This document shows positions 27,122-36,499 of a stretch of DNA of 64,000 nt, in pieces. The notes under the pieces are model-generated. The model was not told where the DNA came from. It saw only the letters and a list, made by a program, of their open reading frames with translations, and did no database searches. The position numbers and the translations under genes were made by a program. The first letter of the stretch is position 1. Each line of letters starts with the position of its first letter. Origin of the DNA: a virus; the IMG/VR virus record IMGVR_UViG_3300037337_000170, positions 64,648 to 128,647 of that record; one strand, 5' to 3'.

Positions 27122-28651
27122 ATGTTATCATTTAAAGATCTTACAGATAGAAAAACATTGCCGCTACGTGAGCAATTCATTCGTGGGGATGTATTGAATA
27201 TTGGTCAACTAGTGGAGGATCATAATGGAAAATATCAAATTCTTGATCGGGGTACAAACTATCTTATATGTGCTAATGATTCCGGCCGCATAGTAAAAAA
27301 GTTTCTACTAGAGGTAAAATCTATTTCTGAGATCGCACCGATAGATACACTTCAATGCTTTAAGGGTTATCAAAGTAATATTAAGGATCCGATTGCAGAA
27401 GAATGTTTTATATCCTTAATTGATAAATACAACAGTGGTGATATAGTCGACTCCATCGCAATTCTAAAAGCCCTCAAGGCTTATAACGAAGACAATGTAG
27501 AGTCACTTAAGACAAGTCTAACACGTCTTAATGAACTGGATAATTACCTTAATCTAAAGGAAGCTATGTCTGATAATATTAAAAGTAATGATAAACTAAA
27601 GGTAGCTTCAGTTATCGCCGATACATTGGGAGTTGAGTCTAGTGGTTCTAGCCCTGAGATGATGGTCAACAATGCCCTCAGGAATGCCCGCAAGAACTCA
27701 ATGATGCTTCGCGGTGAGAGTATTAAAATTATTATGCGGATGCTTGAACTGGCAAAGTCGGTTGGTATTAAGTATGACGAGAAAATTATCAAGGTTGTTG
27801 AGGAATCCGAGGAATCTTTGGATGAACTCTCAACCGAAAAACTCGCGGCCTACAAAAGGAAGGCATCCTTGGCCGCCTCCGAAGCGGACAAAAAAGGTGA
27901 CTTCAAAACCGGCAACAAACGCTTTTCTGGTATCATGAAGGCCACCCGCAAGCAGTTTGACAATGACCTAAAAGAAGGCAGTGACATGCGGATGCTTGAA
28001 CTGGCAAAGTCGGTTGGTATTAAGTATGACGAGAAACTTATTAAGCTCCCGGAAGTTAATGAGGAAATCAAGGGTTGGAAAAATGCTGGTTCTGACATTG
28101 CAAGGATGCGTAAGGCCCGGGGCGATGAAGCTAAAACAGTACATTTACATAGATTGAAAAAAGACGGTTCTGAGTCTGGTATGCATGACGCACGAAAATC
28201 ATTTTCCTCCCAAGAAGATGCTCAGAGGCATCATGATAATAGTCGTAAGTTGAATCCCAAAAGCGATATCCGGCACAATCTTTATATTGATGGTAAGCAG
28301 GTTAGTACGCTTAAAGAATCCAAAGTCATTGTTACCAACGAGACCGGTAAAAAAATGAATGGCAAGGTCCAAGCGGTTCATGGTCCGGTGCAGCAGATTA
28401 AATATAGAAATGGTAAAACAGGTTATTATCATCAACACAATGTCTCCAAATTAGAAGAGGAAGACTGTCAAGATGAACCAACCAAAAGAACATATTCCGA
28501 ACTAATGTCGGCTATCAAACATTCGGCTGGAACTGGTGAAGCAACGGTTGATGATAGTGAACTTCCTGCTCGACTAAAAAATGGTCACACTATGTCACCT
28601 ACTAGTGAAACCAACCGTAAACAATTAATTAAACATCTTTTAGATCATTAA
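27122..28651 (+). CDS. Modular putative internal head protein
   Basis: MLSFKD start; LREQFIRG...DRGTNYLIC domain; many L/V-x-E sites; internal repeat. Confidence 0.65.
   Translation: MLSFKDLTDRKTLPLREQFIRGDVLNIGQLVEDHNGKYQILDRGTNYLICANDSGRIVKKFLLEVKSISEIAPIDTLQCFKGYQSNIKDPIAEECFISLIDKYNSGDIVDSIAILKALKAYNEDNVESLKTSLTRLNELDNYLNLKEAMSDNIKSNDKLKVASVIADTLGVESSGSSPEMMVNNALRNARKNSMMLRGESIKIIMRMLELAKSVGIKYDEKIIKVVEESEESLDELSTEKLAAYKRKASLAASEADKKGDFKTGNKRFSGIMKATRKQFDNDLKEGSDMRMLELAKSVGIKYDEKLIKLPEVNEEIKGWKNAGSDIARMRKARGDEAKTVHLHRLKKDGSESGMHDARKSFSSQEDAQRHHDNSRKLNPKSDIRHNLYIDGKQVSTLKESKVIVTNETGKKMNGKVQAVHGPVQQIKYRNGKTGYYHQHNVSKLEEEDCQDEPTKRTYSELMSAIKHSAGTGEATVDDSELPARLKNGHTMSPTSETNRKQLIKHLLDH
27734..28036 (+). 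repeat. 51-bp direct repeat (27734-27784 and 27986-28036)
   Basis: Identical ATGCGGATGCTTGAACTGGCAAAGTCGGTTGGTATTAAGTATGACGAGAAA, encoding MRMLELAKSVGIKYDEK. Confidence 0.9.
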
Positions 28652-28659
28652 GGAACAAC

Positions 28660-30666
28660 GTGAGTAAAGTAACAAATCTATTGGCCGACTTTCGCACCAA
28701 TATTAAAAATATAGAGGGCTCCGCGGATTTAAAAGAAGCTAAAAAAACTATTGAAAAGCGATATAAGGATCTTGGTACTTGGGAAAAGCAGCTTAAGGAA
28801 ATACATGGGCAAGATGTTAGTATTAAAGACCACCCAACTTATGCACTATCATATATCGCTCGCAGCAATGGAAACTATGCAGGTTATTTTAAGATGATTA
28901 GCAAAATTGGTGAAATTGTTAAGCCAATGAAGGAATCCGATGAGTATCAATTCGAGTCAAAGAAACAATGGGCCGCGGCTATTATTAACGAGCATGGCCC
29001 ACATGTTGAGTTCGTATATTCTGGTGGTTCTTATACTGCCAATAGCGGTTCAAAGTCAGTAGGCTCATTCAAGTATGATACTGGTGTAAATCAACTCAGT
29101 GGAACGGGTCATATTTCTGAATCAGTTCAACTAGACGAAGCTATTCGCTCCAAGGACTTCCCTCGCGCTACTGCATTAATCAAGAAGTACTTCACTGGTA
29201 AATTAGGTAAGGTATATTTCTTTCCAATGCCAGAGGTGTTTACTCCTAGCGGCGGTTCAAAAGGTGTGGGTATTAAATTCTTCGTAAATGGTAATCAGGC
29301 AGTTCGTATGAATTGGGCTGGCACCAATCTAGGTATCTCTAAAGGTTTGGTATCAGTGGATTTTTGGGACGGTTCTAAGTCACCACAACCAACACCAAGC
29401 CATCATGTCAAATTTGAGTCGGGTAACGAATCCTTAATTAAGGTATTACCATTTGTCGTAGATTTTGTGCAGGGTAAAATTGATAAAACTGGTTCTAGCA
29501 TCTTTGTCAATGAGGAAGTTAGTGCATACGATCTAACTATGGTAACTGATTTTACTCAGCTTCATACTATCAATGAGGCTAATTATAGTTCTGGTGAACT
29601 ACACAAGACTGTGTCAAATATTATAAATGCTTTGAGTCAGGGCATTTCGATTTCGGATATGACTAAAATGGGAGGGACAAAAAAATATGGCCCTCGGTTC
29701 CCAAAGGCTATTGAGGCTATCAAACGCAATCATGGCAATCTATTCACCAAACAGGGTCTTAAGCATATTATTGAGCCTAGTCAAGTAAAAAAGATTGACA
29801 CCGCCGCAGTACTCGCCTATATTTCTGGTGGTGATGATGCCATTGCATTCACTGCCAGCGCTGGTTCAAAAGAAATGGTTGAAGTCGACGGTGCTTCTGA
29901 GCAAGATATTGAACGCATGACTTATGAGGAAAGTTTAGAAGCACTTCAATCCGGAGTTAAACTGTTGATGGCAAATGCGACCAATGGCTTATTCTTGGCT
30001 GGAAGAGGGGGAGTTGGAAAGACAGCAAATGTTGAAGATGTATTGGCTGCTGCTGGTAAATCAGATGGTCAGGGTTATTATAAGGTCGCGGGTTCTGCTT
30101 CACCCGCTGGTATGTATCGTATTTTGTTCGAACATAAGGATGAAATTATACTTTTTGATGACGCGGATAGTGCATTGGGTGACGTGGAAGGGCGTAATTT
30201 AATTAAAGCAGCAGCCGATACTTCTAAGAAACGTAAAATTTCTTGGTTAAAAGGTGGTGGCGCCTATGTTGACCCAGATGAATACGATCCAGACGCAGAT
30301 GATGGTAAATTACCACGATCATTTATCTTTACTGGTAAAATTATCTTTATTAGTAACCTAGCCATTAACAAATTAGATCCCGATGGTAGTTTAAGGACCC
30401 GAGCATACTTGATTAATATAGATCCATCAAATATGGAGATGTATGAATTTATGACAAAAATAGCAGGCAAGATCAAATTAGATGTTGATTATCCTCTATC
30501 ATTATCTGATCGGCTTGAGGTAGTAGAACTTTTGAAAAGTAGAAAGGTTGCCGATAAGACCGTTAACTTACGTCAATTAGTTCGTGGTCTAAATACCCGT
30601 GCTGGTATAGCCAGTCAAGGTGGCACCACGGCGGAGTGGACTCGTTTTGTTAAGATGTTCGCATAA
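28660..30666 (+). CDS. Multidomain protein with C-terminal AAA+ ATPase
   Basis: GRGGVGKT (Walker A), IILFDDAD (Walker B), IIFISN and LRTR; GTG start with AGGA RBS. Confidence 0.75.
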   Translation: MSKVTNLLADFRTNIKNIEGSADLKEAKKTIEKRYKDLGTWEKQLKEIHGQDVSIKDHPTYALSYIARSNGNYAGYFKMISKIGEIVKPMKESDEYQFESKKQWAAAIINEHGPHVEFVYSGGSYTANSGSKSVGSFKYDTGVNQLSGTGHISESVQLDEAIRSKDFPRATALIKKYFTGKLGKVYFFPMPEVFTPSGGSKGVGIKFFVNGNQAVRMNWAGTNLGISKGLVSVDFWDGSKSPQPTPSHHVKFESGNESLIKVLPFVVDFVQGKIDKTGSSIFVNEEVSAYDLTMVTDFTQLHTINEANYSSGELHKTVSNIINALSQGISISDMTKMGGTKKYGPRFPKAIEAIKRNHGNLFTKQGLKHIIEPSQVKKIDTAAVLAYISGGDDAIAFTASAGSKEMVEVDGASEQDIERMTYEESLEALQSGVKLLMANATNGLFLAGRGGVGKTANVEDVLAAAGKSDGQGYYKVAGSASPAGMYRILFEHKDEIILFDDADSALGDVEGRNLIKAAADTSKKRKISWLKGGGAYVDPDEYDPDADDGKLPRSFIFTGKIIFISNLAINKLDPDGSLRTRAYLINIDPSNMEMYEFMTKIAGKIKLDVDYPLSLSDRLEVVELLKSRKVADKTVNLRQLVRGLNTRAGIASQGGTTAEWTRFVKMFA

Positions 30667-30674
30667 TTAATAAC

Positions 30675-30716
30675 AACTAAAATACAGTCTACCCGAAAAT
30701 AGACTGTATTTTAGTT
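30675..30716. terminator. 17-bp perfect inverted repeat (terminator-like hairpin)
   Basis: AACTAAAATACAGTCTA-N8-TAGACTGTATTTTAGTT. Confidence 0.6.
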
Positions 30717-30724
30717 TATAAATA
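30717..30724 (+). promoter_or_regulatory. Late promoter TATAAATA
   Basis: Consensus just before ATG 30729. Confidence 0.6.
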
Positions 30725-30728
30725 CCCT

Positions 30729-31079
30729 ATGGACTATCTCAAATATTTTATAGATAATATAGATACTGTAATATTAATTACTGGTGTTCTACTAGTTCTT
30801 ATTACATTAGTAGTATGGCACAAGGGAGAATCTCGTTTCGATCTTAAAGAAATTATTATTGACACAGAAAAGCAGCATGTGTCACTTTATAAACTTGGTC
30901 AGGTATTGGCCTTGTTAATTTCCACCTGGGTTTTAGTAAATGAGACACGAGCTGGCAGACTGAATGAGTTTTTATTCACCACATATATGCTTTCGTGGGC
31001 TGGGGCAAATAGTCTCAATAGATTCATTGATAGTAGAAATAGGAATTCATCAGTCAATGTTAAGAATTCTGATAATTAA
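30729..31079 (+). CDS. Small membrane protein, possible holin
   Basis: 2-3 hydrophobic segments, charged C-terminus, late promoter. Confidence 0.5.
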   Translation: MDYLKYFIDNIDTVILITGVLLVLITLVVWHKGESRFDLKEIIIDTEKQHVSLYKLGQVLALLISTWVLVNETRAGRLNEFLFTTYMLSWAGANSLNRFIDSRNRNSSVNVKNSDN

Positions 31080-31109
31080 AATATAGAAAAATAACAAAGG
31101 TTACTAGAC

Positions 31110-31445
31110 ATGTTATTAAATTTTTATGCTAAAAGTTTAAATCTTTACATGGAGCAGGGTGGGTCCTACTTTAAAGAGTTTAACTTGTTAGATGATGGTA
31201 CTTCTGTTGATCTTACAGGCTATGCCCTTTCTATGCAAATAAAAGAATATTCGGGAGTAAAGCCATTAGTCATAGTATCAGATGTATACATATTGGCTAA
31301 TATACCAAGTACAGTTGTCATTTCTATAGAGTCAGCAGAAACAGATTTATTAGTAAAAAGCAGATATGTGTACAGACTCATGGCGATAAGTCCTACTGAA
31401 GCTACTATATTGATGTTTGGTCAGATACTGATTTCCAACTTTTAA
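31110..31445 (+). CDS. Hypothetical virion (adaptor-like) protein
   Basis: EQG.SY, VDLTGY...MQI, ETD.L...RYVY and GQI pattern common in tail adaptors. Confidence 0.6.
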   Translation: MLLNFYAKSLNLYMEQGGSYFKEFNLLDDGTSVDLTGYALSMQIKEYSGVKPLVIVSDVYILANIPSTVVISIESAETDLLVKSRYVYRLMAISPTEATILMFGQILISNF

Positions 31446-31496
31446 TAAATATTATTGTAGGCTATTCTTTATTAATTGTTTATAAAATTTTCCTTT

Positions 31497-31946
31497 ATGA
31501 TGTCACTAAAGCAAAAAACAGTCAATGCATTTTGCAAAGCTCTTTTCGATACGGAATTAGTTATGTTGAGAATAATGTTGGGGGTTTCAGAATTTTTTTG
31601 GGCCACACTTCTTTTTTGGCCTGGTGATTCATTTTCACAGCCATATTATTCTAGTATCAGCAAATATGTCGATGAAACACAATTAGCCACAATATTCATG
31701 GTATTTGCCTTAACTCAATTTTATATAATTTTTACTGAAAAATTTCACTGTAAGTTTTCCCAGGGCTTTGCTTGCTTTAGTGCGTTTCTATGGTGTATTA
31801 CAATAATGTCTGTTTTTATTTCCGTATATCCACCGCCATCTCAAATAGGTGGAGAAATAGTGCTAATGTTTGGCGCAATTTGGGTATGGTTACGGCCCAT
31901 GATTCTCTACCACGGTATAAAAAATGCAAGAAAACAATCCCAATAA
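31497..31946 (+). CDS. Hypothetical membrane protein (about 4 TM)
   Basis: Four hydrophobic segments. Confidence 0.65.
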   Translation: MMSLKQKTVNAFCKALFDTELVMLRIMLGVSEFFWATLLFWPGDSFSQPYYSSISKYVDETQLATIFMVFALTQFYIIFTEKFHCKFSQGFACFSAFLWCITIMSVFISVYPPPSQIGGEIVLMFGAIWVWLRPMILYHGIKNARKQSQ

Positions 31947-32292
31947 TGATCTTGACAGACAGATATTGAACAGAGATATAGGATTATTGGATCAATCGAC
32001 CAAGGAACTACTGGCATTGGTAACTCAGATTAATGAGAGAACTCGTGACATCGAAAAGAACATTAAAGCCCTTTCTACCGCATATGTAAAAAACGACTTG
32101 GGTGAACCCGACTATGATGGTCATAGAAAGTCACATATCCAAATGGATAAGGAAGCTGATTTAGTTGAAAATTATAAAAAAGGAATCACTGAAACAATAA
32201 TAACATGGTTGGTCACGGGCCTAATGATTGTATTAGCTTCTGGTGCTATGGAAACTATACGGCACTATCTTTCTGCGGGTGTTACCAGATAA
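31924..32292 (+). CDS. Hypothetical protein with coiled coil and C-terminal TM
   Basis: PDYDGHRKSH motif followed by a hydrophobic helix. Confidence 0.65.
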   Translation: MQENNPNNDLDRQILNRDIGLLDQSTKELLALVTQINERTRDIEKNIKALSTAYVKNDLGEPDYDGHRKSHIQMDKEADLVENYKKGITETIITWLVTGLMIVLASGAMETIRHYLSAGVTR

Positions 32293-32439
32293 GTAATAGT
32301 ATGATTACTAATTTAAAGAATATGAAATGTTAGCAGTTCCTATAACCCGTGCATCTGATCTGAAAATTCAGTTACAAAAGGCTAAGGTTTTAATACAGAC
32401 TCAACGAATTATTGCACAACAACTTATTAAGGCCTGCAC

Positions 32440-32649
32440 ATGACCGTAGAAGCTGAATTAGCCGCATTGACCGACCAGACCACACAATTGCTTGATGTGG
32501 TTTTTCAATTAAAAAGTGGAGTTGCCGCACAAATAGCAGCGGCTGTATTACTTTCGGAAAATGCTACGCAAATCCCCTTAATAAATATTTCGACGACGTT
32601 CATAAAGTCGCAAACAGATTTTATTAATTATGTAGGACAAAGACCATGA
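32440..32649 (+). CDS. Small tail-fibre-associated protein
   Basis: MTVEAELAALT start paralogous to the next ORF. Confidence 0.6.
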   Translation: MTVEAELAALTDQTTQLLDVVFQLKSGVAAQIAAAVLLSENATQIPLINISTTFIKSQTDFINYVGQRP

Positions 32650-33242
32650 GCATAGAAGCAGAAGTTGCACTATTAACTAGTGCCGTACAGGCGCAAACAT
32701 CTGCTGTTGTTTCTCAACAATTGACAGTTACAAATGCAATTATTGCAATTGCATCGACGACCAGTAGAGTTAATGCCCTTGCGGAAGTAGAAAATACTTC
32801 CGATGCTGATAAACCTGTTAGTACAGCAACAGCAGCATCTATTGCACTCAAACAGGATATTTTAGACTCAACTAACATTAAAACAGTAAACGGTTTATCT
32901 CTACTAGGCACTGGTAATGTCATTATTCCCAGAGGTGCTACTTCACTTACTGCATTAGATTACGATAGTAGAGGAACATTACGTGATATTCCCGTAACAG
33001 AATATTTGCTAGATGATAGCGTTGTAATTGAAGGTCTTGGATTATTCATGTTTGTATCTACTCAATTAGAACCGGATGATGACGAGACATGTATAACTGC
33101 TGCCGGAACAACGGGGCAGTGGATTTTAAAAACACCAGCCTATGACTTATTAGCAGCATATAGTTTAATTGATGATGAAATTCGAGACGAATTTCAAGAA
33201 ACCGAATCGATTAGATTCTCTACCTACACAAATTCAATATAA
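32646..33242 (+). CDS. Tail fibre-related protein
   Basis: VENTSDADKPVSTA and IKTVNGLSLLGTGN motifs typical of fibres. Confidence 0.65.
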   Translation: MSIEAEVALLTSAVQAQTSAVVSQQLTVTNAIIAIASTTSRVNALAEVENTSDADKPVSTATAASIALKQDILDSTNIKTVNGLSLLGTGNVIIPRGATSLTALDYDSRGTLRDIPVTEYLLDDSVVIEGLGLFMFVSTQLEPDDDETCITAAGTTGQWILKTPAYDLLAAYSLIDDEIRDEFQETESIRFSTYTNSI

Positions 33243-33255
33243 TAGGAAATATATA

Positions 33256-34896
33256 ATGTCAACACTACGCGGCTATAGATTACTAAACGCATTAGAGAAT
33301 GGAACAGTCACTGGTTCTGAATTACAAACAATTCTTACAGATAGTGGTAGACTAGCCGAGCTAAAAGTACTATTTGCTCGTCCCGGTCAAGCTAGGCGGG
33401 CAGCAGCATCGGGGACGGTTGTCGATGCAGTTGTCGATAGTCAGATTGCTAGAAATACAGTGTTTAAAGACGCCTCAGCAAAAAATTCAATTATGTATCA
33501 AGCTATCGTCGCTGATGCGAATTCGGTGGCAACGGTATCGGTTAATTTACCTAGCATGACTGAAATAGAACTGAATGCAATTACTTGGAATCAGTGGGTG
33601 GTAGGTGAATTTTTTGAGGTCAATTCAAAAAATGTAATTCAGATTTTCGCCGGCACAGAAAGCTTTGCTTCTATTCAATTACTAATAGCCAATGAAACGG
33701 CTCAAAATTTAGTCGCTGGTAGTCGGCAGGCAATTCGTACAGCGGTAGCGAGTGCACCTACTATGACGGCAATTGCAGCCAGTGGTGGTATGATGGCCGA
33801 TGTTGCCGGATCAGTACAAGCAATTGGTATTGTTGCGGCTAACGGCGGTGCCATGACTATTATTGCAGCCAGCCCAACCGCTATGGGCGCAATTACCCCA
33901 GTAGCAACAGCTATGAGTTTAATTTCAAATAGTGCGCCCGGTATTCAAGCAGTTTATGCCAATGATAACGCTTGGATTGCATTCAAGGCGAGTGCCAGTT
34001 TCGCAGCCAATATTGTTGCAGTTATTTCTAAGCTCGCCGGTATTACATCTACATTTACATCAGTTGATGCCATTATTGCTAATGCCGCGGCATTAACTTT
34101 GGTAAATGCAAATGCTGGCGCCTCTAATGCGTTAACCACAAACAGCGCTGCCTTGGCCGCATTGTCTGCTAGTTCTAACTTTCCTATTATCGCAAATAAT
34201 GCGCCTGTGTTGGCAGCACTGGCCGGCAATAGCACGGCAATTTTAAACTTGGCTGGTAATAGCAACTTTACGTTTGTTGCTGGTAATACCGCCGTGATGA
34301 CTGCCTTTGCGGCCAACTCAGCAGCAGTCACTGCACTAGGCAATAATAGTGGGAACTTTGCCATTGCCACAAACACACCAGTTGCAATCGGAGCATTGAC
34401 TGGCAATCAAGCTGCAATGACCAACTACATTAGCAACAATGCCACATTAGCAGCATTGTTTGGGTCATCCAGCGCACGCGGCGCAATGTTTACATCTGCC
34501 ATTGTTATCAATACCATTGCTTCAACCGCCAGCGCATTGACATATCTCAAAGTGACTTCGGGACTCAAGAAAGAAACATTTTCAACAACGGTACCTAATG
34601 GAGCCGGTCGGGGAGGATTATTTGAACCATTCGGCGGCGGTGTTCCTTCCAAGGTATTGGTGCTGGCAGTACGGCAGGCTGGCATTGCAGCCATTCCAAC
34701 AGATTATCAATTGGCAACTGGTGCAGCCGGAGCAGTAGCCGGCGCGGCGTTTACGACGGCGGGAGTAGCAGCACTAGCAGCAGATCAGTTTCCTCAAGCA
34801 CACATTGCCACGTATTCTAACCTCACAGTAAAAACTGCAGCCGCGGTGATTGCGATTACCGGGGTTCTAGGTGTCCAATATATTGATATGACTTAA
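33256..34896 (+). CDS. Ala/Asn-rich repeat protein, putative tail/receptor-binding protein
   Basis: AGGA RBS before ATG 33256; many short helical A/N-rich repeats. Confidence 0.65.
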   Translation: MSTLRGYRLLNALENGTVTGSELQTILTDSGRLAELKVLFARPGQARRAAASGTVVDAVVDSQIARNTVFKDASAKNSIMYQAIVADANSVATVSVNLPSMTEIELNAITWNQWVVGEFFEVNSKNVIQIFAGTESFASIQLLIANETAQNLVAGSRQAIRTAVASAPTMTAIAASGGMMADVAGSVQAIGIVAANGGAMTIIAASPTAMGAITPVATAMSLISNSAPGIQAVYANDNAWIAFKASASFAANIVAVISKLAGITSTFTSVDAIIANAAALTLVNANAGASNALTTNSAALAALSASSNFPIIANNAPVLAALAGNSTAILNLAGNSNFTFVAGNTAVMTAFAANSAAVTALGNNSGNFAIATNTPVAIGALTGNQAAMTNYISNNATLAALFGSSSARGAMFTSAIVINTIASTASALTYLKVTSGLKKETFSTTVPNGAGRGGLFEPFGGGVPSKVLVLAVRQAGIAAIPTDYQLATGAAGAVAGAAFTTAGVAALAADQFPQAHIATYSNLTVKTAAAVIAITGVLGVQYIDMT

Positions 34897-34903
34897 TCAC
34901 TGG

Positions 34904-35320
34904 GTGTTTCCAATGCCAATATACATAGTGACCAGTAACGGCATGCCTATTGAGGCCACAGAATCTTTTATGAGCGATAATTTTCCAGGAAATTATACTC
35001 TGTTTCCTGAACCACCTTGGGCACGTCTAATCGATATCGGGCCATTTTACGACCGGTTTGCAAAGTCTAAAATGCCCATATTAACTAGTGAGGATCTTAC
35101 TATAAAGGGTATTATTCGGGATTTAAATATCCGTCAGTGGGTGGATCTGACACGATTAGAGGTTATTCAAGCAGTTAATTTTATAAGCACTATAGTACCC
35201 AGTCTAACACAAGATTTAAAAGTGTCAGTTTTAACCGATCCAGTAACACCTGATGAGCAGTTCGCATTAAGAAAAGTCTTTTTTCATGAAAATAGCATTC
35301 TATACCGGCAACAATTCTAA
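34904..35320 (+). CDS. Tail fibre assembly-like protein
   Basis: IDIGPFYDRF, WVDLTR and VLTDPV..DE motifs. Confidence 0.6.
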   Translation: MFPMPIYIVTSNGMPIEATESFMSDNFPGNYTLFPEPPWARLIDIGPFYDRFAKSKMPILTSEDLTIKGIIRDLNIRQWVDLTRLEVIQAVNFISTIVPSLTQDLKVSVLTDPVTPDEQFALRKVFFHENSILYRQQF

Positions 35321-35744
35321 TAGCACATTTGCAGTTCGTGCCGGATGCTGGTTAACTAAACTTGCTCAAAAGGGGCCATATGGTCATGTAACACACTGTG
35401 AGGCTATTCATGCTGAGTATGGTGACGGGTGTGTTCTAATAGCAGGGGCAAGCCATCGATATCGAGGTGTAAGATCCAAAAAAATAAAGCTAGATCTTGC
35501 AAAATGGATAATAGTTGATGTACCGCAGTGGGATGTTAATCGTTCACTTGAACTACTAAATAATACCCGTGGGCAACCATATGATTGGTCCGGTGCTATT
35601 GCTACGGTATTACCCGGAAAAGAAGATGCAATTTCTTGGTTCTGTAATGAGTGGGTATCCAAGCCATTTCTTTTGTCATCTTCTAATTTCGGTCCCCATC
35701 AACTAGCAGCAATTTGCTTATCCATCGGAAGTATTGTAAAGTGA
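35286..35744 (+). CDS. Putative permuted papain-like (NlpC/P60) hydrolase
   Basis: VTHCE, GVRSKKI, GQPYDW and WFCNEW; paralog of 1813-2331. Confidence 0.55.
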   Translation: MKIAFYTGNNSNSTFAVRAGCWLTKLAQKGPYGHVTHCEAIHAEYGDGCVLIAGASHRYRGVRSKKIKLDLAKWIIVDVPQWDVNRSLELLNNTRGQPYDWSGAIATVLPGKEDAISWFCNEWVSKPFLLSSSNFGPHQLAAICLSIGSIVK

Positions 35745-36127
35745 ATGAACTTAATGCCGTTGCTGATCGGAATAAAAACTATGTGGCAATTCTTGCCCGT
35801 AATGGGCTTTCTTTGCTAGGCGATATTAGTATGACCGAGACAAATGTTCCAGGTTACTATTCTGGTACAGTTCCTATTGGTACCCCAGAAGGTGTGTATG
35901 ATGTTCTAATTTTGGATGTTACTACAAGAGATATAAATTCCTCAGGTACACTCAATTGGAATGGAACTATAGAGATAGATGTAACTAAGATGGTAAATGA
36001 ATTACATATATTAAATGGATTACAGATTGGTGCACCTCTTTTGGTCACAGAAAATTTCAGAACAGCAGGAAATATCTCTCAGACTATTGAGTCCACAGCA
36101 AGTAATACAGTAGTAATAAGAACTTAA
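35741..36127 (+). CDS. Hypothetical virion protein
   Basis: GTG start overlapping the previous stop; beta-rich sequence. Confidence 0.6.
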   Translation: MNELNAVADRNKNYVAILARNGLSLLGDISMTETNVPGYYSGTVPIGTPEGVYDVLILDVTTRDINSSGTLNWNGTIEIDVTKMVNELHILNGLQIGAPLLVTENFRTAGNISQTIESTASNTVVIRT

Positions 36128-36492
36128 TGTTCTATCATCAAAGTGCAGCCCTTCAGGGATTATACCCTGGAGTTGTTACAACTGCTTCTATAGCCAGTCA
36201 GGGGCTATTTGAGTTTGAGATAATTATTACCCCGGTGGTTAGCGCAGCTGGCGGGGGTGGATATGTACCATCATTCCAAGGTAAACCAGAGCGTTATAGA
36301 GTTAAAGTTCGGGTAAAAATAAATAATGTGTGGTCTGAGGACGAATTAATAGTAGATGATACTGAAGCTAGAGTGATTGCCAAGTTTCGTGGAATCACAG
36401 ACTTCACGGAAAATGAAATAATGATTGCCGTTAATGGTATTCAAATACACGAGTCTGCGATTTCAGTAATGATAAATAATAAAAGAACTTAG
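36127..36492 (+). CDS. Hypothetical protein
   Basis: Translationally coupled ORF with Gly linker. Confidence 0.6.
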   Translation: MFYHQSAALQGLYPGVVTTASIASQGLFEFEIIITPVVSAAGGGGYVPSFQGKPERYRVKVRVKINNVWSEDELIVDDTEARVIAKFRGITDFTENEIMIAVNGIQIHESAISVMINNKRT

Positions 36493-36499
36493 GCTTCCT

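Noticed and set aside
32327-32443. 38-aa ORF MLAVPITRASDLKIQ...
   Set aside because: Short with a weak RBS; possibly a gene remnant and not supportable as a gene
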